Shown: piece after piece, positions 8,901 to 16,022 of the stretch
How the letters are laid out: the number at the start of each line of letters is the position of its first letter
How positions within the stretch are numbered: the first letter of the stretch is position 1
Made by a program: the position numbers and the translations under genes
Source of the DNA: Candidatus Nomurabacteria bacterium
GTDB taxonomy: Bacteria; Patescibacteriota; Minisyncoccia; Phycocordibacterales; UBA9973
NCBI GenBank assembly: GCA_026396015.1
Contig: JAPLXP010000003.1
Coordinates: 26,626-90,625, forward strand
Direction of reading: 5' to 3'
DNA length: 64,000 nt
The notes under the pieces: generated by a model
The model's input: only the letters and a program-made list of their open reading frames with translations
Databases searched by the model: none
Told to the model about the DNA's origin: nothing

Positions 8901-10834
8901 TGGAAATTTTTTGAGAGACCATGTAGTACCTTCATAAAAATATTTTTATTTGCATAAGATGCAGCAACACGATCTTTTGTTAACTCTTCCATCTTTCGAG
9001 CATTTCTTTGGTTTATCTCCTCTAATACTAGAAGTTGCTCTCCAGTAGAAAGCTTTACGAATCCAGGTACATTTTCAAGGTCAGAAACTTTTAAACCACT
9101 AGAACCAAGATTTTTTGCCCATAGGGGTGACTTGTTTGCAGTGTCTAGCTTTAGTTTTTCTATGATATCAACCTTAACAGCCTCTACCTTTGCAGCTTTC
9201 GTTGCTTCTTTATCATCAAATCCACCATAATTTACAATCGCACTTTCTTTTTCTTCTTCTGCGTGAAATCCTCCAGTCGCCTCTATTACTTTTGCTCCAC
9301 TTCCTATTTCTGATTCATTTAAATCTTCAATTTTTGAAATATGCTCTGCACCTTTTTTGTGCTTTTTCTTCATGTCTTCAAGCTCTTGTGCTCTTTCGTA
9401 ATCTCCTGATTCTTGTGCTTTTTTTGATTCAGCATCTAGTCTTGCTATTGAATCTTTGTCTGCACCTGTTTTCTTTTTATCTAAAGCCACTAATGCTCTA
9501 ATGTTTTTTTCAAATAATTCTGCCGCTTCATAATCTCCTGACGCTTGAGCTGCTGCAGATTTTGCACGCAGGGATTCTATTGTGTCCTTACCACCCAATT
9601 CATGTGTTTTATTATTTATTTTTTTAGGTATTTCCATGGTATTTAAATCTTTTTTAACATCTTCTGGTTCGACTTTAGCTTCTTCTTTTGTATCTAAATC
9701 TTCTTTAATAATTTTTTCTTCAGTCACTACGTCTTCTTTTTTATCTTCTTCTGGTGTTTTTTTTGTTTCTTTTGCTTTCCTTTCTTTTTTTATTATTTCG
9801 TATTTATTTTTAAAGAGAAGTTCTTCCATCTTTTCCCTGTCTATGTTTACTGGTATATCTGCACCCTCTTCTTTGAATTTGATAGTCTTTTTTGTAGCGT
9901 TCAGTATTTCATATTTTTTACCATTCACCAGTACTGTATCTCCCTTTGATAAAAAAATATATTTTTCAGTTTTTCTGTAATCCTCGATCATTTTGATTAA
10001 GGTTTCTCTATTTATTGGTACTTCTTTACCTTCCCCTTTCAAGAATACCCTGTGTCTTGTTTCTCCATTTTTATTTGTCCAAGGTTTTACTGCTGTTACT
10101 ACGAATGTCTTTTCTGGCGGTATTATTTTAAGATAATTATTTATTTTCCTTACCAGACCTTCGCTTTCCATAACTGCCCCTTTTTTAATTTCAATGGAAT
10201 TGTTTGGTTTTTCAGCTTCTTTTGTTTCAGCTGGTTTTTCAGCTTCTTTTGTTTCAGCTGGTGTTTCTTCTGTTTTTTCTTCTTTGTATTCCATTTTAAT
10301 ATTGGGCGGTATTGTTATTGAGTCTATTGTTGGGTGGTGCTCTTTTTTATCTTCTTCTTGTTGCCTCTTTAATCTTTCTTGTGATTCTATCTGCCTTTTC
10401 TTTTTCTCTGCTTTTTTGTTCTCTCTATCTAATTCTTCTTGCTCATTTTTTAGATCATTTTGTTCTTTTATTTTATTTACTAGTTCTTGTCCTTCTTCGC
10501 GTACTTTTATCTTTTCCTCATCTAGTTTTTCTTTGTACATTTCTGCTGCTGTTAGGATGTCTGATATGGTCACTGTGTATGCCTTTTTTTCATCTGATTC
10601 ATTGGATGTACGCATTTTATCTTCAAGCATTTTTTTTGCCCTTTCAGGTTCTCCAGATAGGGCCATTTTTATGGCACCTTCAAAAAAACGATAAAAACCA
10701 AGTGTGATAGTACCCGTTCCTTCTTTTGTTGATTCTAAGTATTTTATTGTTTCTTGAATTTTTTGATCAAGTAGTTTTTTTTCTTGCTCTATTGTATTTT
10801 TGTGTACCACTACTTGTTCTGGAGTCTTTTCCAT
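5954..10834 (-). CDS. Giant (1626 aa) hypothetical protein with low-complexity and coiled-coil regions, TPR-like SGDYE repeats and glycine-zipper hydrophobic segments
   Basis: Single uninterrupted ORF. K/E-rich stretches, AETKEAEKP x2, SGDYEAAELF/SGDYERAQEL repeats, GGGVIGMAIKSTVGAYGGGAIWGGIRGFF and VMGAVVRGAAIGLAGAVAGQYY glycine-rich hydrophobic segments, TPTPSPTP linker. No catalytic motif recognised. Confidence 0.55.
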   Translation of the reverse strand: MEKTPEQVVVHKNTIEQEKKLLDQKIQETIKYLESTKEGTGTITLGFYRFFEGAIKMALSGEPERAKKMLEDKMRTSNESDEKKAYTVTISDILTAAEMYKEKLDEEKIKVREEGQELVNKIKEQNDLKNEQEELDRENKKAEKKKRQIESQERLKRQQEEDKKEHHPTIDSITIPPNIKMEYKEEKTEETPAETKEAEKPAETKEAEKPNNSIEIKKGAVMESEGLVRKINNYLKIIPPEKTFVVTAVKPWTNKNGETRHRVFLKGEGKEVPINRETLIKMIEDYRKTEKYIFLSKGDTVLVNGKKYEILNATKKTIKFKEEGADIPVNIDREKMEELLFKNKYEIIKKERKAKETKKTPEEDKKEDVVTEEKIIKEDLDTKEEAKVEPEDVKKDLNTMEIPKKINNKTHELGGKDTIESLRAKSAAAQASGDYEAAELFEKNIRALVALDKKKTGADKDSIARLDAESKKAQESGDYERAQELEDMKKKHKKGAEHISKIEDLNESEIGSGAKVIEATGGFHAEEEKESAIVNYGGFDDKEATKAAKVEAVKVDIIEKLKLDTANKSPLWAKNLGSSGLKVSDLENVPGFVKLSTGEQLLVLEEINQRNARKMEELTKDRVAASYANKNIFMKVLHGLSKNFQKASAEKTIAGQIRNGEHSVDIETIGQISARIKELNLTVNEQTGEVVFLKAPEGMSTRAEAEQIRAYNEIANRYMKMPTDWQHEKTANKNGLNPFKSNEYKEFQKIDSAYNAIRNNLISSMENHYLSQGNGAKEARLMALDAIRKSELGFDYLNYTRKYPEAAALLENSATQKAYKKLLTGDLTTFAGGGVIGMAIKSTVGAYGGGAIWGGIRGFFTGKKSIKDDYKGDQVSMTRLEAKNAGLKNSESKVDRFINADDQIKKISFLVEELNKEGKTPEQKEVLAQRIKSRLDYINNKEYKGFINYGKKDDIAKNFELNKAIATGTAALLVYKNGEPMMKGIEDLYSYKTGKKDKDGNDITENGLNRIKRFDNYQESIYEDKRTARVMGAVVRGAAIGLAGAVAGQYYQRWLHGGVTPTPSPTPETLPIPDAGHGLDVTIDRGQGMIHFAGQLKHAVAEKWGSDMSNAPESVKHIMNTSNADLAKEFGGFKPGQIDESAMLHKGANFHMDDQGNLTFKDPVTGESDVFEWGKDISKGADYHGKMFDYKGSNINGAPHGISNNINSQKNIFDNGQVPTQLGGGGSIELNSISDIQKYGITPGQFSLFQKIALENHIIDKPLVMPDGHLDQVQLLKVQDYAIKNHFIETPILHTSGNTVIESATAGADSFRGFNSIEKIHEIQNIQLADLKNQLGEKNYTELIKDLKEKGILYESDGKTLRAISTGTSPDLEHIQYARDMANSNASKEIFQQTGLNKLSLENSADTYDKSFKLEDGTYSNIIVRETHNINGHEVGEITSQPHTGPDPVQLKSAGGGNKVAEVITENKAKVAAENIPTENKIHSGFNYASKAFPMDEKVAGISREQFDKVALSEIKSEMNLDPDTKLIETPEIGHRLWMYENFGKISQSSEGQNSWDMESPDVNLGRIKDLSNFMFKHPNDSITLAIKKLGSRVMEATGRKEYEMPKMDGISAEQYTKNLIEELYK

Positions 10835-11034
10835 ACTTAAATTATACCACTATTTATATAGCCTATCAAAGTTTTATCTGTATTTTTTATTTTTCTAAAA
10901 TAGGGTGAATTTTGCCATCTGTGCATAACTATGGTTGACGAGCACCCCACCCTGGGGTACCATATATAGATAAGGGGTTCGCCTCTTTAGATACTGGAAA
11001 GTGGATAAATACCAGACGATGACAGCCAGACCGA

Positions 11035-12288
11035 ATGACCACATTTCTTATGCAATCATTTTTCTCTAAAAAGGAGACTTTGAGCAGTAAACTCTCAGAC
11101 ACGAAAGCCAATTCTCCAAAAATAGCCTTATTTTATAAAGCCTCTGTGGTAGGGGTGACTTTTTTGACTGTGACTACAATAGGAGCATTTATGTATCCTC
11201 ATACAGTATCTGCAAGTTTCTTTGGTGATATTTTAGACAATATTGTAGGCAATACTACCCAAGCTGTGCCCATCCTAGTAAACCCAAATAATTCGCAAAC
11301 AGTCCCTCTTCTTGAATCAAATCTAACTCCAGAACTAAAGAATACAGTTACAGATTTAAGTCAAGGGACTGTAGGTGAGCAGGCAATAGAGACTATTGAA
11401 GGTGCAAATACTGGCCGAGATATTGAAAAATATGCAACTTCTGCTGCTATTCGTAAATATGTAGTCAAAAAAGGTGATTCTATAGATAGTATTGCTCGCA
11501 AATTGAAGGTTTCAAAGGATACTATCGCCTACGCTTCAGATTTGGATAAGGGTGAGTCTCTAAAGGTTGGCCAAATATTGGCTGTTATTCCTGTGGATGT
11601 GCCAGTAGAAAAGACTGATAAGGCAGAAAAAGTAGATAAGGTAGAAAAAACAAAACAAATTGCTGATAAAAACGACAAAAAGAAGGAAACTGCTGTAGTT
11701 GTATCAGAAAAATCAAAGAAAATTGTCGCAGTTGCACCTGTAGTAGACGATGAACCTGAAAAGCCTGTAGTCGTACCGACTACTCCGGCACCTATAGCTA
11801 CTCCTGCTATCGATGTGAATAATACAGACTCAACTGTAAATAATCAGCCAGTTGAGCAGACTACTCCGACAGGACAGCCAAAAGGTACTATCTCAAATGG
11901 TTATATATGGCCATTTCCAGCTGGTGTAGGACGTATCTCTCAGGGTAAACATGCAGATAATGCTCGGGATTTTGCGGCACCAAAGGGTACACCTGTATAT
12001 GCAGTCCATGATGGTACTGTATTGATCGCTCATCCAACTGGATATAATGGAGGATATGGATTATACGTGGTTATCGACTTTACAGATGGACGCCAGGCAA
12101 TATTTGGCCATATGAGCAAGGTGTTGGTAGGGCCAGGTGATGTGGTAAAGCAGGGTGATGTTATTGGTCTTGTTGGTTCTACTGGTCATTCTACTGGTCC
12201 ACACTGTCATATTGGTTGGCATGGTACAGGTGGTGATCCTTATGATGGATTAAAAGTTAATGCGACAGATTTTATTTCAAATGACTAA
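11035..12288 (+). CDS. LysM-domain M23 family metallopeptidase (cell-wall endopeptidase)
   Basis: N-terminal TM. LysM region (YVVKKGDSIDSIARKLKVSKDTI...GQILAVIP). C-terminal M23 signature (GTPVYAVHDGTV...GHMSKVLVGPGDVVKQGDVIGLVGSTGHSTGPHCH). Confidence 0.8.
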   Translation: MTTFLMQSFFSKKETLSSKLSDTKANSPKIALFYKASVVGVTFLTVTTIGAFMYPHTVSASFFGDILDNIVGNTTQAVPILVNPNNSQTVPLLESNLTPELKNTVTDLSQGTVGEQAIETIEGANTGRDIEKYATSAAIRKYVVKKGDSIDSIARKLKVSKDTIAYASDLDKGESLKVGQILAVIPVDVPVEKTDKAEKVDKVEKTKQIADKNDKKKETAVVVSEKSKKIVAVAPVVDDEPEKPVVVPTTPAPIATPAIDVNNTDSTVNNQPVEQTTPTGQPKGTISNGYIWPFPAGVGRISQGKHADNARDFAAPKGTPVYAVHDGTVLIAHPTGYNGGYGLYVVIDFTDGRQAIFGHMSKVLVGPGDVVKQGDVIGLVGSTGHSTGPHCHIGWHGTGGDPYDGLKVNATDFISND

Positions 12289-12562
12289 AAAAATTATTTC
12301 AATCTTTATACTTTGTTCATTTATCCTTGGATATAGTCCGATGCTGGCTTCTGCTGCAAAGACTACTAAAAAAGTGACAGTAGTAAAGAAAAAGAAAAAA
12401 GCTAGAAAAGAGAAGCTCACTCTTAACCCACCATTATTTACACTAGAGACAGCTCCCCATTCCCCAAGGCCTATCGCTCGCGGTAAAAGGAAGTCAACTA
12501 AAAAAGTAGCAATCAAAAAACCAGGTACACCCTCAAAAGTAGTAGCTACAAAGAAAAAATAA
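12284..12562 (+). CDS. Small secreted lysine-rich basic protein
   Basis: Signal peptide MTKKIISIFILCSFILGYSPMLASA followed by a K-rich tail. Overlaps the end of the peptidase gene. Confidence 0.4.
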   Translation, partial: TKKIISIFILCSFILGYSPMLASAAKTTKKVTVVKKKKKARKEKLTLNPPLFTLETAPHSPRPIARGKRKSTKKVAIKKPGTPSKVVATKKK

Positions 12563-12592
12563 CACTTGAATAATCAAGTGTTATTTTTTTAT
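12563..12592 (+). terminator. Rho-independent terminator hairpin
   Basis: aacacttgaataatcaagtgtt followed by a T-run. Confidence 0.5.
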
Positions 12593-12808
12593 TGGTTTTT
12601 CTCTTTTTCTCTTTTTCTGTTTTTCTTTAGTTTTCCACCATGCTTTTTACTCATATATAGTAAAAATAAAAAAATAACGATGAAAATACAAAAGAGTATA
12701 AGCCAATCTTTGATGTCTGTGCTCTTTTGCATAGTAGATTTATTTATTCACAGTATATATCTTTTTGACTGGATGTGAAACAAATTAAAATCACTCAATT
12801 GGGTGATT

Positions 12809-14380
12809 TTAATTTTGAGTGCGGGGGCGGTATTGGAGGGCTTCGAGGATATGAGGAGTGGTGATGCGCTCACTACTCTCTAGATCTGCGATTGTGCGGG
12901 CAAGTTTGATCACACGGTGATATGCACGGGCTGAGAGTTGGAGGCGCTCTGCGCTACTATGTAGTATCTCCCTCACTTCGGGTGATAGAGGTGCAAAGGT
13001 GTTCAATTCTTTTACATTCATCTCACTATTTGTTTTTATATTTCTCGTAGTGCTTTTGAATCTCATTTCCTGAATGTTACGGGCGCGAGCTACACGCTCC
13101 TTGATGGTCTGTGTACGATCACCCTCCACACCCTCACTTGCAAGCTTGTCGTAATCTACCGATGATACATTCACCCAGATGTCGATACGGTCGAGGATCG
13201 GTCCTGAAAGTTTTCTGTTGTATCTATCCAGGTCCATTGGTTTGCAAATACAAATTTTTTTCTTGTCACCACGATTGCCACATGGGCATGGATTCATCGC
13301 AGCTACGAGAATAAAATTTGAAGGAAAAATTGCAGAGCCTCGTGCACGAGAGATGGATACGATATTATCTTCGAGTGGCTGACGGAGTGACTCGAGAACT
13401 TTTTTTTCAAATTCTGGGAACTCATCTAAAAATAAAACTCCTTTGTGTGCGAGAGTGACCTCACCTGGTTTTGGATTTGCTCCACCTCCGATCATCGATA
13501 CGTAGCTCGCAGTATGATGTGGTGCACGGAATGGTGAATCAGTCACGAGTGCTCCATCGAGTAATCCGACAACAGAATGTATTCCAGTAATTTCCAAAAT
13601 ATCTTCCTTGGATAATTCTGGTAGGATGTGAGAGAAGACTCGTGCGAGCATCGTCTTGCCTGTACCAGGTGATCCACTCATCGCAATGTTGTGTCCACCG
13701 GCAGCTGCGATTTCCAGTCCTCTTTTTGCACCCTCTTGGCCACGGATGTCAGAAAAATCTATTGTATGTTTTTTATTTTCAAAAATTATTTTTGTCTCGG
13801 GTGTAGGTGTGATTTTATTTTTCTCTGGCTCTAATAAATTTCCTTTTTTATCACGTCGCGGGGTAGATAGATGGTCAATGACTTCGCGGAGATTTCTCGC
13901 TCCAAATATTTTTATCCCCGACACTAGTGCAGCTTCACTCGCATTCCCGACCGGTAAAAATATTTCTTTATAGCCTCTTTTCTTCGCCTCCTCAGCCAGT
14001 GGTAGTGCACCTTTAATATTTTGTAGTTCACCGTTGAGTGAAAGCTCTCCTAAAAATATTTTTTCCTCAGGGTCAAAATCTATCTCACCTGCTGATAGTA
14101 AATATGCTAGCGCGATACCGAGATCAAAGTACGGCCCCTCCTTTTTCAAATCTGCTGGAGAGAGTGAGATGACTATTTTTTGATTTTGATTTTTTGGGGA
14201 ATTGAATCCCGAATTTTTTAGAGCTGAACTCATGCGGTCCTTGGATTCATCGACTGCCTTGTCTGGTAATCCGACAAGAGTAAAAGCATGGAGTGTACCC
14301 TTTGTGATGTCCACTTCGATAGTTACTACTTTGCCTGAAAGTATTTGTGTCTGCGCAGAATATATTCGCGAGAATGACAT
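12809..14380 (-). CDS. comM: ComM/YifB-family Mg-chelatase-like AAA+ ATPase
   Basis: N-terminal Lon-protease-like domain, Walker A (SGSPGTGKTMLA) and a ChlI-type C-terminus. Overall architecture is YifB/ComM. Confidence 0.85.
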   Translation of the reverse strand: MSFSRIYSAQTQILSGKVVTIEVDITKGTLHAFTLVGLPDKAVDESKDRMSSALKNSGFNSPKNQNQKIVISLSPADLKKEGPYFDLGIALAYLLSAGEIDFDPEEKIFLGELSLNGELQNIKGALPLAEEAKKRGYKEIFLPVGNASEAALVSGIKIFGARNLREVIDHLSTPRRDKKGNLLEPEKNKITPTPETKIIFENKKHTIDFSDIRGQEGAKRGLEIAAAGGHNIAMSGSPGTGKTMLARVFSHILPELSKEDILEITGIHSVVGLLDGALVTDSPFRAPHHTASYVSMIGGGANPKPGEVTLAHKGVLFLDEFPEFEKKVLESLRQPLEDNIVSISRARGSAIFPSNFILVAAMNPCPCGNRGDKKKICICKPMDLDRYNRKLSGPILDRIDIWVNVSSVDYDKLASEGVEGDRTQTIKERVARARNIQEMRFKSTTRNIKTNSEMNVKELNTFAPLSPEVREILHSSAERLQLSARAYHRVIKLARTIADLESSERITTPHILEALQYRPRTQN

Positions 14381-14402
14381 AGGTTCATTATAATATGAAT
14401 TT

Positions 14403-14551
14403 TAAATTATTTAAATAGCTTCTCTCAAAAAGCATGAATATTTTTTTGGTAAAAAATTTCTCTGCTCGTCGATCAAGAAAATAATATTCGTAAACTCATT
14501 TATTTTCTAATCTCCTGTGCAAGACTTTTTTCAAGAACTATTTAAATAATT
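14403..14551. ncRNA. Copy A of a three-copy structured-RNA-like element (novel; strand unresolved)
   Basis: Terminal helix aaattatttaaatag / ctatttaaataattt (perfect 15 bp). Internal hairpin atttttttGGTaaaaaat. Conserved core ...ctctgctcgtcgatcaagaaaataatattcgtaaactcatttattttctaatctcctgtgcaagactttt. Lies 23 nt 5' of the comM start. Confidence 0.45.
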
Positions 14552-14552
14552 T

Positions 14553-14581
14553 TTACCAATAAAAAAATCCGCAATTGCGGA
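14553..14581 (-). terminator. Rho-independent terminator of dksA-like gene
   Basis: aaaaaaatccgcaattgcggattttttt palindrome with flanking A/T runs. Confidence 0.5.
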
Positions 14582-14589
14582 TTTTTTTA

Positions 14590-14931
14590 TTACATACAAT
14601 TTTTACAAGTCAGTGCAGATGGGTTTGCTTCGATGCGGTCTTCTTCAATCTTACCTCCGCATGTATCGCATACTCCATAAGTCCCCTCCTCTATTTTTAG
14701 TAATGCTTTGATGGTTGTGTTTAGTTTTTTTACGAGCACATTGATGAGTGAAGATTTTTCTTCGTAGTCTTCACTGCGGTCATCCATGTCACTCTCGTCA
14801 GCTTCAGTAGCACCTGAATCATCACTGACTGCTTGCCATTCACCAGTCTCTGAATTCTTTTTACCCAAGCCAGAGAGCTCTTCTTCTAATAACAATTTCT
14901 CTGTTTCAAGTTGTAGTTTATATTTTTCCAT
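14590..14931 (-). CDS. DksA/TraR-family C4-type zinc-finger protein
   Basis: C-terminal CDTCGGKI...CKNCM four-Cys finger. Coiled-coil N-terminus. Confidence 0.65.
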   Translation of the reverse strand: MEKYKLQLETEKLLLEEELSGLGKKNSETGEWQAVSDDSGATEADESDMDDRSEDYEEKSSLINVLVKKLNTTIKALLKIEEGTYGVCDTCGGKIEEDRIEANPSALTCKNCM

Positions 14932-14967
14932 AAATAAATTTTAACACTTTAACCTAAAACCACAAGG

Positions 14968-15852
14968 CTACAAGGGTTTTATGTTTTGTGTAACTAGCCT
15001 TACTAATATTTCACGAATAGAATCTTGGTCATCTGTTATTACTAATTTATCTTTACCTAAGAACATATAAGTGAGTAATTCTTTTCCATTTTCATCTCTC
15101 AGTACTCTGGAATCTTTGTTTTCAATGATCTTGTCTGACCAGGGTGTTTCAAAGATGCTCTGCGAGCCTATTGAAACGTCTGTTTGGAATAGTGTAAACA
15201 TGTCGGAAAGGATATTGGATTCCCATGAAAGCATTCCTGCGAATGATTGATTGTAGTCATTTGTCTTCAATATTATAAACAAATGATTCTTTGCATTGTT
15301 GTTGTAAACACCAATCATGAAACTATTGTCCAAGGATCTAGATAATGCACCGGGCATATTTACTCCGAGTAGATTCAAGAATGTCGGAGTGTCCATAATC
15401 TGTGATACACCGTTGACTGTAGTGATTGGAATTATTGATGCAATTTTATTATTTTTAACTTCACCCTTGCTCGCATTTATTATCGCAGTGGCCATATCAT
15501 TTTTGTTCGTGATCGCGGTGACATCTAATAGTGTTTGACTGTCTCCGTGAACTAGAGTTTCTATTTGAATTTTTGGTTGAGATACTTGCGAAGCTTCTTT
15601 ACCTTTTTGAATCAAAAATATTGTTCCCCATATCGCAAGAGCTACCAAAAATATTCCACCTATAACATAAAATATATTCATCGAGAATGCTTTCTTTGTC
15701 TCTACTACAATCTCCTCATTCTCACGTCTTGCCTTTTCTGCGAGAGCGATCTTGATGACAGTCCCCTCCTGCTCTCGAACAGCATCAGCCATGTCTGATT
15801 CGTAGGTGTGCAGTTGTCTTATTTTTTGATTTGCAATATTTTGTTCGTCCAT
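14968..15852 (-). CDS. Hypothetical single-pass membrane protein
   Basis: 294 aa. TM at IFYVIGGIFLVALAIWGTIFLI. No family recognised. Confidence 0.45.
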   Translation of the reverse strand: MDEQNIANQKIRQLHTYESDMADAVREQEGTVIKIALAEKARRENEEIVVETKKAFSMNIFYVIGGIFLVALAIWGTIFLIQKGKEASQVSQPKIQIETLVHGDSQTLLDVTAITNKNDMATAIINASKGEVKNNKIASIIPITTVNGVSQIMDTPTFLNLLGVNMPGALSRSLDNSFMIGVYNNNAKNHLFIILKTNDYNQSFAGMLSWESNILSDMFTLFQTDVSIGSQSIFETPWSDKIIENKDSRVLRDENGKELLTYMFLGKDKLVITDDQDSIREILVRLVTQNIKPL

Positions 15853-15869
15853 ATTTTTTAAATAATTTA

Positions 15870-16022
15870 AATCTTACATAAAATAGCTTCTCTTGAAAAG
15901 CACACATAATTCTCTGGTGAGAATTTGCTCTGCTCGTCGATCAAGAAAATAATATTCGTAAACTCATTTATTTTCTAATCTCCTGCGCAAGACTTTTCTC
16001 GAGAACTATTTTATTACAGATT
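15870..16022. ncRNA. Copy B of the three-copy structured-RNA-like element
   Basis: Terminal helix aatcttacataaaatag / ctattttattacagatt (covaries relative to copy A). Hairpin aattctcTGGTgagaatt. Core nearly identical to copy A. Lies 18 nt 5' of the start of membrane-protein gene 14968..15852. Confidence 0.45.

Noticed and set aside
10929-11111. 60-aa minus-strand ORF upstream of the M23 peptidase gene
   Set aside because: It overlaps the GC-rich leader and the start of the peptidase gene. It is more likely non-coding (possible regulatory RNA).
14403-14551. Interpretation of the three-copy element as a MITE or IS remnant
   Set aside because: The terminal inverted repeats differ in sequence between copies while remaining complementary within each copy. 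The internal hairpin stem also covaries. Transposase-mobilised MITEs keep conserved ends, so an RNA-structure explanation fits better. No transposase gene is present in the window.
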